Positions 48,163-58,115 are shown, numbered from the stretch's first letter. The stretch: DNA of 64,000 bases from Candidatus Dadabacteria bacterium (GCA_951812945.1 CATOTB010000006.1:6696-70695), one strand, 5' to 3'. Made by a program: numbers and translations. Notes: a model not told the origin generated them from the sequence alone.

Positions 48163-49428
48163 ATGAGATTAGTGGTTGCGGTTTTCTTTACGCTCTTGTT
48201 TCTCCCCTGCTTGGCGACCGCGCAGATACTGCTTCCTCCGGCTACTTCTCCGATAAAGAAAATACCAATTGCCGTAGCTGTGCTTAAGGCCAAGGGGGAT
48301 TTAAGCATATACGGAAAGAATTTCACTAGTGTCCTCAAAAACGACCTCACCAATGCCGCCCTTTTCGAGGTCCGCCCGGCGAGCATACTGTTTTCCTCCT
48401 CTTTTGAAGATATAGACTTCGAATATTTGGATGCGCAGAAAACCAAGTATCTGGTGAGCGGAAATTTCAGCGTTTCCCCCCGGGAGGTTCTTTACGAACT
48501 CATAGTTTATGATGTGCCCGGAAGACGGGAGCGGTTGAGAAGAAGATATGTGACGTCTCCGCGCCACATAAGAAACGTGGTGCACAAATTTGCGGGCGAA
48601 ATCATGAGGGAAATTACCGGCCTTGACGGTTTTTTTGACTCTGAGATCGTGTTTGTCAGGGGGCGTGGTCATGGAAAGGATCTCTTTATCATGGATTACG
48701 ACGGGCACAACGCAAAGAAGCTTACCAATCACGGATCTTCGGTTCTTTCTCCTGACTGTTCACCTGACGGAAGCCAGGTGGTTTTCACTTCAGACAAAAG
48801 CTGGGACCATGACGTCTACCTGCTGAATTTCAAGGCCACCCAACTTCCCGCCGAGGGCAGGAGGATAACCCGGGGCATTCACCTCGACAATTCCCCACGC
48901 TGGTCCCCAGACGGCGCGCACGTGGCATTTAGCCGTAACGGAGACATATACATAGCTTCTTCCTCAGGGGAAATACTGAAGCGGCTTACCAGATCTCCCG
49001 CCATAGACCTTTCCCCGACCTGGTCTCCCGACGGCAAAAAGATCGCCTTTGTGTCTGACAGGGCGGGAGCGCCGAACATATACGTGATGAGTTCGGAGGG
49101 AGGCAGTGCCAGAAGAATTACCTCGGGAGGTTACAATACAGATCCGGTCTGGTCTCCAAGCGCCTCGGTTAACCGTATAGCGTTTGTGAAAGTAACAAAA
49201 TCCGAGGCTGATATCTACGCTGTAGGACCTGACGGCCGAGGGGAGCAGAGGCTTACAGCTTCGGGAAGAAACGAGCACCCCTCATGGTCTCCCGACGGTC
49301 ACTACATTACTTTCTCCTCAAAAAAGCTTGGAAAAAGGCAGATATATATCATGTACTTAAACGGTGAGAACAAGCTTCCGCTTTCCAAAGGCGAAAACGA
49401 TTCGTTTTCCACCTGGTGCGTGAAATAG
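48163..49428 (+). CDS. tolB: Tol-Pal beta-propeller protein TolB
   Basis: Signal peptide, IPIAV, HKFAGEI...ITG, MDYDG, repeated PxWSPDG. Start ATG 48163 preferred over GTG 48079. Confidence 0.9.
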   Translation: MRLVVAVFFTLLFLPCLATAQILLPPATSPIKKIPIAVAVLKAKGDLSIYGKNFTSVLKNDLTNAALFEVRPASILFSSSFEDIDFEYLDAQKTKYLVSGNFSVSPREVLYELIVYDVPGRRERLRRRYVTSPRHIRNVVHKFAGEIMREITGLDGFFDSEIVFVRGRGHGKDLFIMDYDGHNAKKLTNHGSSVLSPDCSPDGSQVVFTSDKSWDHDVYLLNFKATQLPAEGRRITRGIHLDNSPRWSPDGAHVAFSRNGDIYIASSSGEILKRLTRSPAIDLSPTWSPDGKKIAFVSDRAGAPNIYVMSSEGGSARRITSGGYNTDPVWSPSASVNRIAFVKVTKSEADIYAVGPDGRGEQRLTASGRNEHPSWSPDGHYITFSSKKLGKRQIYIMYLNGENKLPLSKGENDSFSTWCVK

Positions 49429-49450
49429 CGGATTGGGGAGGGCCTTGCTC

Positions 49451-49996
49451 TTGAGACTTTTTATCGCGGCTTTTCTTCCCGAGGAAACAAGAGACGCGCT
49501 TTTTCACTACGTGGAGTCGCTTCGGGGTTTTCTGCGGGGTGTGAGATGGGAGCCAAGAGAGAAATTCCACGTTACGCTCAGGTTTCTGGGAGATGTGGAT
49601 GAATCGCGGCTTGCGGGCATATCAACGGATATTGGTTCCATGGTTTATGGTTCGGGACACGTTGAGTCAGGATTTGGTAATCTTCGCCTGTTTCCGGGTT
49701 CGAGAAATCCCAGGGTGCTGGCCTTGAGTCTTATGAAAAGCGAGAGGTTTCAGTTTCTTTTTGACAAAGTCCAATGCGCGGTCCTGCAGAACGGGTTTGA
49801 GATGGAAAAGAGAAAATTCATTCCGCATGTGACTATAGGCAGGATCAAGGGGAGTTTTGAGGGGATCGAGAAAATCCCTCGACTGGACGAAACGGAGTTC
49901 TCCATTACCAGAATCGGGCTTGTGCGAAGTGAACTCGGACCCCGGGGATCCCGTTACACGATCCTCAAGACATGGGATCTTCAGGACGGCATTTGA
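49451..49996 (+). CDS. thpR: RNA 2',3'-cyclic phosphodiesterase
   Basis: RLFIA and two HxT motifs (FHVTLRFLG, PHVTIGR). Confidence 0.93.
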   Translation: MRLFIAAFLPEETRDALFHYVESLRGFLRGVRWEPREKFHVTLRFLGDVDESRLAGISTDIGSMVYGSGHVESGFGNLRLFPGSRNPRVLALSLMKSERFQFLFDKVQCAVLQNGFEMEKRKFIPHVTIGRIKGSFEGIEKIPRLDETEFSITRIGLVRSELGPRGSRYTILKTWDLQDGI

Positions 49997-50050
49997 CAAA
50001 AGAATTTTCTAACAGGCAAAATAGTGCTTCCATAAAGTGCGGAGGGTCTT

Positions 50051-50365
50051 ATGCACGCTGTTATAAAAACCGGCGGAAAACAGTATGTAGTCAAGCCGGG
50101 TGACATTATTGATATAGAAAAAATCTCCGGCGAACCCGGCGAAGAGGTAAACTTTGAAGAAGTCCTGCTCGTGTCTGCTGACGGAGAGGACGTCAAGGTC
50201 GGTAGCCCTGTTGTTGAAAGTGCCAAGGTTGAGGGTAAAATAATAAGGCAGAAAAAGGGCGAGAAAATAGTAGTTTTCAAGTTCAAAAGAAGAAAAGGGT
50301 ACAGGAAGAAGGCGGGCCATCGCCAGAACCTGACCAGCGTCGAGATTACTAGCATAAGCGCTTGA
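50051..50365 (+). CDS. rplU: 50S ribosomal protein L21
   Basis: [24 protein letters not shown]. Confidence 0.99.
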   Translation: MHAVIKTGGKQYVVKPGDIIDIEKISGEPGEEVNFEEVLLVSADGEDVKVGSPVVESAKVEGKIIRQKKGEKIVVFKFKRRKGYRKKAGHRQNLTSVEITSISA

Positions 50366-50384
50366 TTCGCGGAGGCGGGTAAGC

Positions 50385-50639
50385 ATGTCAACCAAAAAAG
50401 GCGGCGGAAGTTCCAAAAACGGAAGGGATTCCATAGGCAGGAGGCTTGGCGTAAAGAAATTCGGAGGCCAGCCGGTTGTCAAGGGGAATATAATAGTAAG
50501 GCAGCGTGGTACCAGCATCAAGCCTGGTCTGAACGTGGGGCTTGGAAAGGATTACACGATATTCGCACTGTCCGACGGGGTTGTGAAATTTCATAAATCC
50601 GGAAAGGGCAGAACCAAGGTTTCCGTAGTTCCCGCCTGA
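50385..50639 (+). CDS. rpmA: 50S ribosomal protein L27
   Basis: [25 protein letters not shown]. Confidence 0.99.
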   Translation: MSTKKGGGSSKNGRDSIGRRLGVKKFGGQPVVKGNIIVRQRGTSIKPGLNVGLGKDYTIFALSDGVVKFHKSGKGRTKVSVVPA

Positions 50640-50743
50640 GCGGTTTCCCGTAAAACTAGTTTTTTTGTTTTTCTCCTATTATAATTAGTGCAACACTTTT
50701 ACCGGCATATTGTCCTTCTGGATGAGTTAAACGGAAAGTTACC

Positions 50744-52168
50744 TTGAATCCTTCAAAAAACCGGAAAAAATCTTTTAATCTGGTCCCATCCTTTCCAGTA
50801 TTTCTTTTCTGTCTTATACTCTCGTCCGGGGCAGTTTTCGCATTCCAGCATTTTTACTTTCCGGAAAGATACGCCGATCTCAGAATTGCAGAAATGGAAG
50901 AAGTATTCGGCGAAGAAGACTTTTTCGCCGACCGTGCAAGGAGCGTTCTTGATACCAGAAATGATGTGGGGTACGTAAGGCTTCTTGATCATAACGGAGT
51001 GCTTGAGAAAAGTTTCGGCTTTCAGGATGACAAGGGTTTTGAAAAGCTTACGCTCAAGGGACCTGAGGGAAAAACCGTTCTTGTGGGCCTGAGAAGCTCT
51101 GTCAGCAAGAAATTCTACTTTGACGCTGTGCTCTGGAGCCTGATTTTCGGTTCCCTGATGGCAGTTGTCTTTACCTCCTTAATACGTTTTGTAAGCGATA
51201 GGGCGTTTAGGTTTCTCGGGGAATTCTCAGACGCTGTAAGTTCCGTTGCCAGTGGAGATTACTCGGTTCGTCTGGATGGTCGGTCTTCGCTTATTGCTGG
51301 TGCCGGCGTTCAGTGGCTCTGCCGTGAATTTAACGAAATGGCCTCTTCACTTGAAGGAGAGTCAGTTGGACGGGACGGTAAGGAGGAGCCAGATGATGTG
51401 GATTTTGACCGTTCCGCTGATTTGCAGGTGGATTTCCGTCCGAAGATAATCTTAAGTCAGGAACAGCCGTCGGAGGTTTCTTCATTTGAGACTCCCGCAG
51501 ATTCTTTTGACGAGGGGATCGTGGAAATCGTTCATGTTTCTGAGGAAGAGGACGCCGAACCTGAAGAGATCTCTTTTCCAGATACCGGCGTTGTGGATTC
51601 CGAGGGAGAAAAGACTGATATCAGCATACTCGTCGTGAAGATTGCGGACTTTGAGAGCCTGATTGAAGATATTTCGCCATCTAGCGTCAATTCCCTTACG
51701 GCTGATTACAGAAAATCCGTTTCAACCACTATAGGTTCCTTCGGGGGTACGGTAGAGGCCATACTCCGCGATGAGATCGTGGCTTTTTTCACCGACTCCG
51801 ATTCCAGTTCCGGTCCCGTGGCGGAACTCAGCTGCGTATGTTGCGCGGTTGAGATAATGCAGCTTTTCGCCGGAGTCGTGGATGGGAAGAGAATACCTGC
51901 CCGGTCGGATATAAAGCTTAAAATGGGCATTTCCTCGGCTGATTTGTCGGTACCTGCGGAATCGGATGTTTTCACGCTCGCAAAACCCTTTGTGGACGAA
52001 GCTAAGGCTCTTTGCGACGGGGCGAGGGCCTGGAGCATATTCGTTACGACCAATTTCCGCGAAAGCGCAAGCGATTATCTTGAAGTAAGACGTGAAAAGG
52101 TCGGGGGTGAACCCTGTTACGCCGTGACCGGGGTCGAGGAAGAAGCGTTGCGGCGAACCGGAAGATAG
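50744..52168 (+). CDS. membrane protein with HAMP domain and degenerate class III nucleotide-cyclase domain
   Basis: Two TM segments; HAMP (VASGDYSVRL...LCREFNEMASSL); acidic linker; SILVVKIADF...FGGTVEAILRDEIVAFF...KMGISS. Confidence 0.7.
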   Translation: MNPSKNRKKSFNLVPSFPVFLFCLILSSGAVFAFQHFYFPERYADLRIAEMEEVFGEEDFFADRARSVLDTRNDVGYVRLLDHNGVLEKSFGFQDDKGFEKLTLKGPEGKTVLVGLRSSVSKKFYFDAVLWSLIFGSLMAVVFTSLIRFVSDRAFRFLGEFSDAVSSVASGDYSVRLDGRSSLIAGAGVQWLCREFNEMASSLEGESVGRDGKEEPDDVDFDRSADLQVDFRPKIILSQEQPSEVSSFETPADSFDEGIVEIVHVSEEEDAEPEEISFPDTGVVDSEGEKTDISILVVKIADFESLIEDISPSSVNSLTADYRKSVSTTIGSFGGTVEAILRDEIVAFFTDSDSSSGPVAELSCVCCAVEIMQLFAGVVDGKRIPARSDIKLKMGISSADLSVPAESDVFTLAKPFVDEAKALCDGARAWSIFVTTNFRESASDYLEVRREKVGGEPCYAVTGVEEEALRRTGR

Positions 52169-52301
52169 GGTTCTTTTTTCACTTGCCGCTTCTGTCTCAA
52201 TTCAGTTTTCTACCATTCCTGTTATATTTTCTCATCCGGACTGAACAACGGGCTTCGCGGTCAATCGCGGTTCACCGTTTGGGTGTGCGGGGGTTTATCA
52301 G

Positions 52302-54923
52302 ATGAAAGGATACGAGGTCAGAAAAGAGTTTATCGAGTATTTCTCCGAAAGAGGCCATGAACCGGTCCGCAGTTCAACTCTCATACCGGAGAACGATCCG
52401 ACCCTTCTCTTTACCAACGCCGGAATGGTTCAGTTCAAAAATGTTTTCACGGGAACCGAGACCAGGGATTTCAAGAGAGCGGTTTCTTCCCAGAAGTGTC
52501 TCAGGGCCGGGGGAAAGCACAACGATCTTGACAACGTCGGGTATACGGCGAGACATCATACTTTCTTCGAAATGCTCGGAAACTTCTCTTTTGGGGATTA
52601 CTTCAAGGAAGGAGCCATCAGTTACGGATGGGATCTTATTACCAACGTTTACGGGCTGCCCAAGGGAAAACTCTGGGTAACTGTTTATGAAGACGACGAC
52701 GAGGCTTTTGAGATCTGGAACAAAGAGATCGGCGTTGCCAAGAAAAGGATCGTTAGAATGGGAGAGAAAGACAATTTCTGGTCGATGGGAGATACAGGTC
52801 CGTGCGGTCCGTGTTCCGAGATACTTATAGATCAGGGGGAGTCGTTCGGATGCGGGAAGCCGGGATGCGCCGTCGGGTGCGAGTGCGACCGCTATCTTGA
52901 ACTCTGGAATCTGGTGTTCATGCAGTTTGAGAGAAATGAGAGGGGAGAGATGGCGCCGCTTCCTCGTCCCAGCATCGACACGGGGCTTGGACTTGAAAGG
53001 CTCACGGCGGTTCTTCAGGGAGCAAGAAGCAATTATGAGACCGATCTTTTAAGAGGAGTAATAGCCCAGATAGAGGAACTTTCCGGAAGAGAATACTCCG
53101 CTGACAGCTCAACCGAAGTGGCTATGAGGGTTATAGCGGATCACTCAAGAGCGCTTGCCTTTCTTATATCGGACGGGGTATTCCCGTCAAACGAGGGGAG
53201 GGGTTACGTTCTTAGAAGAATACTAAGAAGAGCTGTTCGCCACTCGAAATTTCTGGGGATAGACGAACCTTTTATCTACAGGGTTCTGCCCGCGGTTGAA
53301 GGGGTCATGTCAGATGCCTATCCTGAGATCAGGGAAAAAGGAGATTTCGTGTCCCAGGTCGTGAAAAGTGAGGAAGAGAGGTTTCTTGAGACGGTGGACA
53401 GGGGACTTGAACTTCTTAATCAGGAAATCGCAAAGCTCGGGAAAAGGAAAAAACTTTCAGGCAAGGTGGTTTTCAGCCTCTACGACACCTACGGATTTCC
53501 GGTCGACCTCACAGAGGATATAACTAGAAACGAGGGTATAGAGATCGACCTGCAGGGTTTTGAAAAGGAGATGGAGAAGCAGAGAACCAAGTCAAGAAAA
53601 GCTCGTGGAGGCATGGGCGAAGACGATCTTGCGTCTCTTCTGCTTCAGCTTTCCGGGGAGATGACGACGGAGTTTGTCGGTTACAAGACACTCTCTTCCG
53701 ACAGTTTGGTTACGGGAATAATAAACCAGGAAGGAATTTCCCAGACAGCCGAAGAGGGACAGGAAGTACAGATATTGACTGATGTCACCCCTTTTTACGG
53801 AGAGTCAGGTGGGCAGACGGGAGACAGGGGCGAGATTGCCGGGCAGGGATTTCACGCGAAGGTCCTCGATACGAAAAAACTTAGCCCCACATTTTTCATC
53901 CATAACGTTGTTGTCGATAAGGGGCATGCGCGGGTCGGTGATCCTGTGCGCATGGAGGTTGCCCCGGCGTTCAGGCAAGGCGTTATGGCTCACCACACCT
54001 CAACCCATGTGCTCCACGCCGTTTTGAAGGAAGTTCTCGGTACTCACGTGAATCAGGCGGGATCGTTCGTTGGGCCCGACAGACTCAGGTTTGACTTCAG
54101 TCACTATTCTGCGATTGAAAAAAAGGACCTCGATTCCATAGAGCAGATTATTAACGAGAGAATAAGGCGTGACGACGCAGTCGTGACGAAAGAAGATGTT
54201 TCATACGACGAAGCCATAAAGGGCGGGGCTACCGCGATATTCGAGGAGAAATACGGCGATAGGGTAAGGGTTGTAATGATAGGGGATTACAGCAAGGAGC
54301 TTTGCGGCGGAACCCACGTGCGGGCCTCGGGTGAGATAGGAATGATGAAGATAGTGTCCGAGAGCGCGTCTTCGGCGGGGGTGAGAAGGATAGAGGCAGT
54401 AAGTGGCCAGGCGGCATGGAATTACATGAAAGGGCAGGAAAGTATCCTGAACGAATTCTCCATCGCCCTTGGTGCTCCCCGCTCCGAACTTCTTTCGAGG
54501 CTTGCCGGAGTGGTCGACGAAAACGCCAGGCTTCAGGCGGAAATGGAATCTTTCAGGGCAAAGGCTCTAGTTGAAACAGCGGCAGGGTTGGTTGACAAGG
54601 TTAAGAGCGTGGAAGGGATTAATCTTCTTCGGGAGAAGGTCTCCGTTTCAAAACCTGCGGAACTGCGTTCTCTTTGGGACTACCTGAAAGGAAAAATGAA
54701 CAATGCGGTTGCTGTTCTTGTTGCGGAGAATGGAAGGCAGGTCTTTATTCTTGTGGGAGTTACAAAAGATCTTGTCGGTAGGTACCATGCGGGAAAACTT
54801 GTAAGCGAGCTTGCAGGGGTCGTCGGAGGAAAAGGGGGCGGAGGTGCCGAGATGGCCCAGGCGGGTGGGAACATGCCCGGCAACATACCGAAAATGCTGG
54901 ACCGTTTAGGAGAACTACTATGA
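52302..54923 (+). CDS. alaS: alanine--tRNA ligase
   Basis: LLFTNAGMVQFK, HHTFFEMLGNFSFGDYFK, WNLVFMQ, editing HxxxH and ELCGGTH, GGKGGG. Confidence 0.99.
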   Translation: MKGYEVRKEFIEYFSERGHEPVRSSTLIPENDPTLLFTNAGMVQFKNVFTGTETRDFKRAVSSQKCLRAGGKHNDLDNVGYTARHHTFFEMLGNFSFGDYFKEGAISYGWDLITNVYGLPKGKLWVTVYEDDDEAFEIWNKEIGVAKKRIVRMGEKDNFWSMGDTGPCGPCSEILIDQGESFGCGKPGCAVGCECDRYLELWNLVFMQFERNERGEMAPLPRPSIDTGLGLERLTAVLQGARSNYETDLLRGVIAQIEELSGREYSADSSTEVAMRVIADHSRALAFLISDGVFPSNEGRGYVLRRILRRAVRHSKFLGIDEPFIYRVLPAVEGVMSDAYPEIREKGDFVSQVVKSEEERFLETVDRGLELLNQEIAKLGKRKKLSGKVVFSLYDTYGFPVDLTEDITRNEGIEIDLQGFEKEMEKQRTKSRKARGGMGEDDLASLLLQLSGEMTTEFVGYKTLSSDSLVTGIINQEGISQTAEEGQEVQILTDVTPFYGESGGQTGDRGEIAGQGFHAKVLDTKKLSPTFFIHNVVVDKGHARVGDPVRMEVAPAFRQGVMAHHTSTHVLHAVLKEVLGTHVNQAGSFVGPDRLRFDFSHYSAIEKKDLDSIEQIINERIRRDDAVVTKEDVSYDEAIKGGATAIFEEKYGDRVRVVMIGDYSKELCGGTHVRASGEIGMMKIVSESASSAGVRRIEAVSGQAAWNYMKGQESILNEFSIALGAPRSELLSRLAGVVDENARLQAEMESFRAKALVETAAGLVDKVKSVEGINLLREKVSVSKPAELRSLWDYLKGKMNNAVAVLVAENGRQVFILVGVTKDLVGRYHAGKLVSELAGVVGGKGGGGAEMAQAGGNMPGNIPKMLDRLGELL

Positions 54924-55780
54924 AGAAGACTGTTAATTCCTTTGTGGGTTTCGTAAGGATAGAAAACTGTAAGGCAAAACTTCTGGCAGGTGGTTTAACA
55001 GTTTTTTTACTGGTTTTTTTGGTCATTCCAAATGCCGGTTTTGCAGGTGGCGTGCCGGATGATCCAACGCAGAGCGAAAGCGAGAATGATCCTGCACAAA
55101 GCGAACCCGAACTTGTAAACTTCACCAAATACGCCGGGATCTTTGTCGGCCCCGCTTTTATGAAAAACCGAATAATAGATATCGATGGCTTTGCTGACGG
55201 GGGAAATCCCGGTTCGGTTTCCAAATATGACGATACGGGTTTTGCCGGTGGCGTCCTCGTAGGGGGGAAATTCGATGTAGGAGTCTTGACCCTAAGAATG
55301 GAGCTTGACAGTATGTTGACCAATGTGTCGGCGTCTACTGACAAGCTTGATCCTGACGGCTTGGACGAAACTGCTGAATCGGAATTTTCATGGATCGTTT
55401 CTGCGCGCGGGGGAGTTGAACAGGGAATCGGCCGCGTAACAGTATTTGTCACCGGCGGACTGGCTTTTGCAGGCATCAGCAATTCGGTAACCGATATTGA
55501 TTCCGATGATTCGGGTTCCATGGTGGATCCCGATGATTCGTTCAGCAAGGATTCAACGGAAGTGGGCTGGGTAATCGGAGCCGGCCTGGAAACCGCGCTG
55601 TCCGATGTCTGGGCGCTACGGTTAGAGGGTTTGTACCTGGATTTCGGTGAGAGCACCCATCTTGTTAACCGATCCGCAAATAACCGCTGCTGCGGACCCG
55701 AAACTCCCAGAAGGGCTGCGTCCTACGAAGTTGAAAACAGGCTTTCCACTGCCCGCTTGGCAATAATTCGCCGTTTCTGA
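54920..55780 (+). CDS. outer-membrane beta-barrel protein (Omp25/RopB-like)
   Basis: Signal peptide; FVTGGLAFA, GWVIGAGLE, LRLEGLYLDFG; terminal Phe; ATGA overlap with alaS. Confidence 0.8.
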   Translation: MKKTVNSFVGFVRIENCKAKLLAGGLTVFLLVFLVIPNAGFAGGVPDDPTQSESENDPAQSEPELVNFTKYAGIFVGPAFMKNRIIDIDGFADGGNPGSVSKYDDTGFAGGVLVGGKFDVGVLTLRMELDSMLTNVSASTDKLDPDGLDETAESEFSWIVSARGGVEQGIGRVTVFVTGGLAFAGISNSVTDIDSDDSGSMVDPDDSFSKDSTEVGWVIGAGLETALSDVWALRLEGLYLDFGESTHLVNRSANNRCCGPETPRRAASYEVENRLSTARLAIIRRF

Positions 55781-55902
55781 GTTCGATAAAATACTCTCCG
55801 GGTTAGTTTCTAAATCCAGAGTGTGCTTGTACGGAACTCCTCTCCATGAAGTTCAAATTTGACTAGGGGAGTCTATCTCTGCTTGGAAAAATCATAATTA
55901 AG

Positions 55903-56007
55903 ACGGACCCGAGGACCCCGTATAAATTCACGGTGACCGGCCCTATGCTCTCACTTTTACATGAGGGCACCGCCATATCCCATAAAACGTACGGGACCTC
56001 GGTCCGT
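55903..56007. repeat. ~105-nt imperfect palindrome between the convergent OMP genes
   Basis: ACGGACCCGAGGACCCCGTA ... TACGGGACCTCGGTCCGT outer arms; inner GCCCTATG...CATGAGGGC. Confidence 0.7.
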
Positions 56008-56043
56008 TAAATCTTTTTCCATATTGCTTGAAGTAACCAGAAA

Positions 56044-56982
56044 TCAAAACGCATATTTCATTACCAGACTGACTCCAAACGCGCTTAAATCGTCAGTTTC
56101 AATCGTGTATTCAACCGTATTCGTTCCTGAGCCATTGTTTGGGGCGTGACCGCGCAACTGGTCCCATTCATCTGTGCCGCTGAACTTGGCGTACTTGACC
56201 CAGCGACCCTTGACCCCGATTGAAGCACTGTCGGTCAGCATGTAGTCCACTCCCACCACTGCCTGATAACCAAGCACTGTGTCTTCGAGAGTATGGCTTG
56301 CCGTGCTTGTGGTGCCGGCGATTCTTTGATGCAGAGCTTGGCGATCCTCTTCTTCGTTGGCGGGGTCGGAACCCAGATATTCCGCATCGTCCGCCGTCGT
56401 AATTACATCCGGGTCTATATTACGGGCCCAAACGGCGTCCCATTCCACCTCGGCCATTCCGAAACCCACGCCGCCTCCAATGTAAGGACGTAGCTGTCCG
56501 GAGACTGGAAGGTCATAATAAACGTTAACGAACAGACTGTTTATATTTACCCCTCCTATGCGTTCATCAGAACGGATGAGTTCCTGATTTGCTTTATCCG
56601 CAATATCCCCACCTCCTCCAACAACCGGGGATGTCGAATCGTATTGCGCGCCAAAATAAAGATACTCAGCTTCAATTCTCGCGCCCAAATCTGTGCTGAC
56701 GCCCAAAGCGACTCCGGCTATTACTCCCGTTGCCCCGTCAAAGCTGTTATTCCAGACTGATGTCTCAGAAGAACATACACCAGGGTCAAAATGATTATCG
56801 CCCTTTGGGTTTAAGTGTTGATCGCACAGGGTGCCGAAATCGGTATCACTGGCGTCGGTATCCAGAGAATTTCCGATACCGAATCCCACCTCAGTACTTA
56901 TATAGAGCTGCTGGGCGTTTGATGAAAAAGGAATCAGCATTAAGAGAAGCAAAGAGAGAGCAACCGTTGTAAATCTATTCAT
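56044..56982 (-). CDS. outer-membrane beta-barrel protein (opacity/P44-like)
   Basis: AGGAGG RBS, signal peptide, RIEAEY, NVYYD, RPYIGGGVG, YQAVVGVDY, terminal YAF. Confidence 0.85.
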   Translation of the reverse strand: MNRFTTVALSLLLLMLIPFSSNAQQLYISTEVGFGIGNSLDTDASDTDFGTLCDQHLNPKGDNHFDPGVCSSETSVWNNSFDGATGVIAGVALGVSTDLGARIEAEYLYFGAQYDSTSPVVGGGGDIADKANQELIRSDERIGGVNINSLFVNVYYDLPVSGQLRPYIGGGVGFGMAEVEWDAVWARNIDPDVITTADDAEYLGSDPANEEEDRQALHQRIAGTTSTASHTLEDTVLGYQAVVGVDYMLTDSASIGVKGRWVKYAKFSGTDEWDQLRGHAPNNGSGTNTVEYTIETDDLSAFGVSLVMKYAF

Positions 56983-57172
56983 TTCATACCTCCTATCTGA
57001 ATTCACGGTTATGAGGAGAACCACACTACTTATTATAGAACATATTATAAATTGGGCATGAATTCAACTAGAATTTGCATCTGCAATTGGAAATAAGAAC
57101 TTCGTAAATAGTTAGAAATTTCAGGGTGTTAGGAGTGGAAGCTCTCTCGAGTTCGTCTTTACGTCAAAAATT

Positions 57173-58066
57173 CTATATATAGAATTCCTCTTTTTGAAAT
57201 TCCCGTCTGATTTTGTTAAGAGCGTTTTTCTCTATCTGTCTTACCCGCTCTCTTGAGATGCCGAATTTACGGGAAAGTTTTTCAAGAGTTTCGGGAGAAT
57301 CGGTGAGAACGCGCCTCTCGATAATGTATCTTTCCCTGTCTTTTAAGTTCGCCAAAGCCTCTTTTATTCTTTTCGCCACAAGCGGTCGGGCCTGGGAATC
57401 TTCAAGAAATTCTTCCTGATCAAACGTGTCCCCCAGAATGTCAAGGTAAGTGCGTTCCGTGCTCCCTTCCACGTTCGCGTCAAGAGACAGGTCTTTTCCG
57501 GACATTATCCGGTCCATCTCGATTACCTGGCTGTCTGGCACGTCAAGCTCCTTGGCTATCTCGGAATAGATGTCCTCTCCCATCTCCGCTCCGGTGGCTT
57601 CAATTTTGTTTTTTGTTGATCTCAGCTTGTAGAAGAGCTTTCTCTGTGACTGGTTTGTTCCGACTTTTACAAGACTCCAGTTTTTCATTATATGGTTCTG
57701 TATGTACGCCCTTATCCACCAGACCGCGTATGAAATAAGTCTGTATCCCTTGGTCGGATCAAAGCCTCTTACGGCCTTCATCAGTCCTATGTTGCCTTCC
57801 TGAATGAGATCCATGGTGTTTACGTTGTAATTCTTGTACTCGTTCGCGATACGCACGACGAATTTCAAGTTTGATACGATCAGCTGTCTTGCGGCCTCGA
57901 GGTCTCCCGTTTCCCTTAGCCTCATCGCAAGTTCGTATTCCTCTTCCCTGCTCAAAACAGGGTGGTTTCTGATCTGCGCCAGATAGCTTTGCAGGGAGTT
58001 TGAAAGTACAGGAAGAGATGAACTCGCTTTCTCCGGTTTCTTTTTTTCTTCTTTTTTGCCGGCCAT
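57173..58066 (-). CDS. rpoH: RNA polymerase sigma-32 factor
   Basis: DLIQEGNIGLMKAV, SYAVWWIRA, RpoH box WSLVK...QRKLFYKLR, ISRERVRQIE. Confidence 0.95.
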   Translation of the reverse strand: MAGKKEEKKKPEKASSSLPVLSNSLQSYLAQIRNHPVLSREEEYELAMRLRETGDLEAARQLIVSNLKFVVRIANEYKNYNVNTMDLIQEGNIGLMKAVRGFDPTKGYRLISYAVWWIRAYIQNHIMKNWSLVKVGTNQSQRKLFYKLRSTKNKIEATGAEMGEDIYSEIAKELDVPDSQVIEMDRIMSGKDLSLDANVEGSTERTYLDILGDTFDQEEFLEDSQARPLVAKRIKEALANLKDRERYIIERRVLTDSPETLEKLSRKFGISRERVRQIEKNALNKIRREFQKEEFYI

Positions 58067-58087
58067 TTTTACTCGGTATTAGATTTA

Positions 58088-58115
58088 TTGACTGTTTTTC
58101 TTATCTATATAAAAT
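58088..58115 (+). promoter_or_regulatory. sigma70 promoter of tRNA-Asn
   Basis: TTGACT-16 nt-TAAAAT, 35 nt upstream of the tRNA. Confidence 0.55.

Noticed and set aside
48780-49310. Repeated TGGTCTCCCGACGG-like sequences
   Set aside because: They encode the WSPDG blades of the TolB propeller, not a DNA repeat element.
55903-56007. SRP (4.5S) or 6S RNA identity for the long hairpin
   Set aside because: Lacks the SRP CAGG..GGAA..AGCAG motif on both strands and is much shorter than typical 6S RNA.
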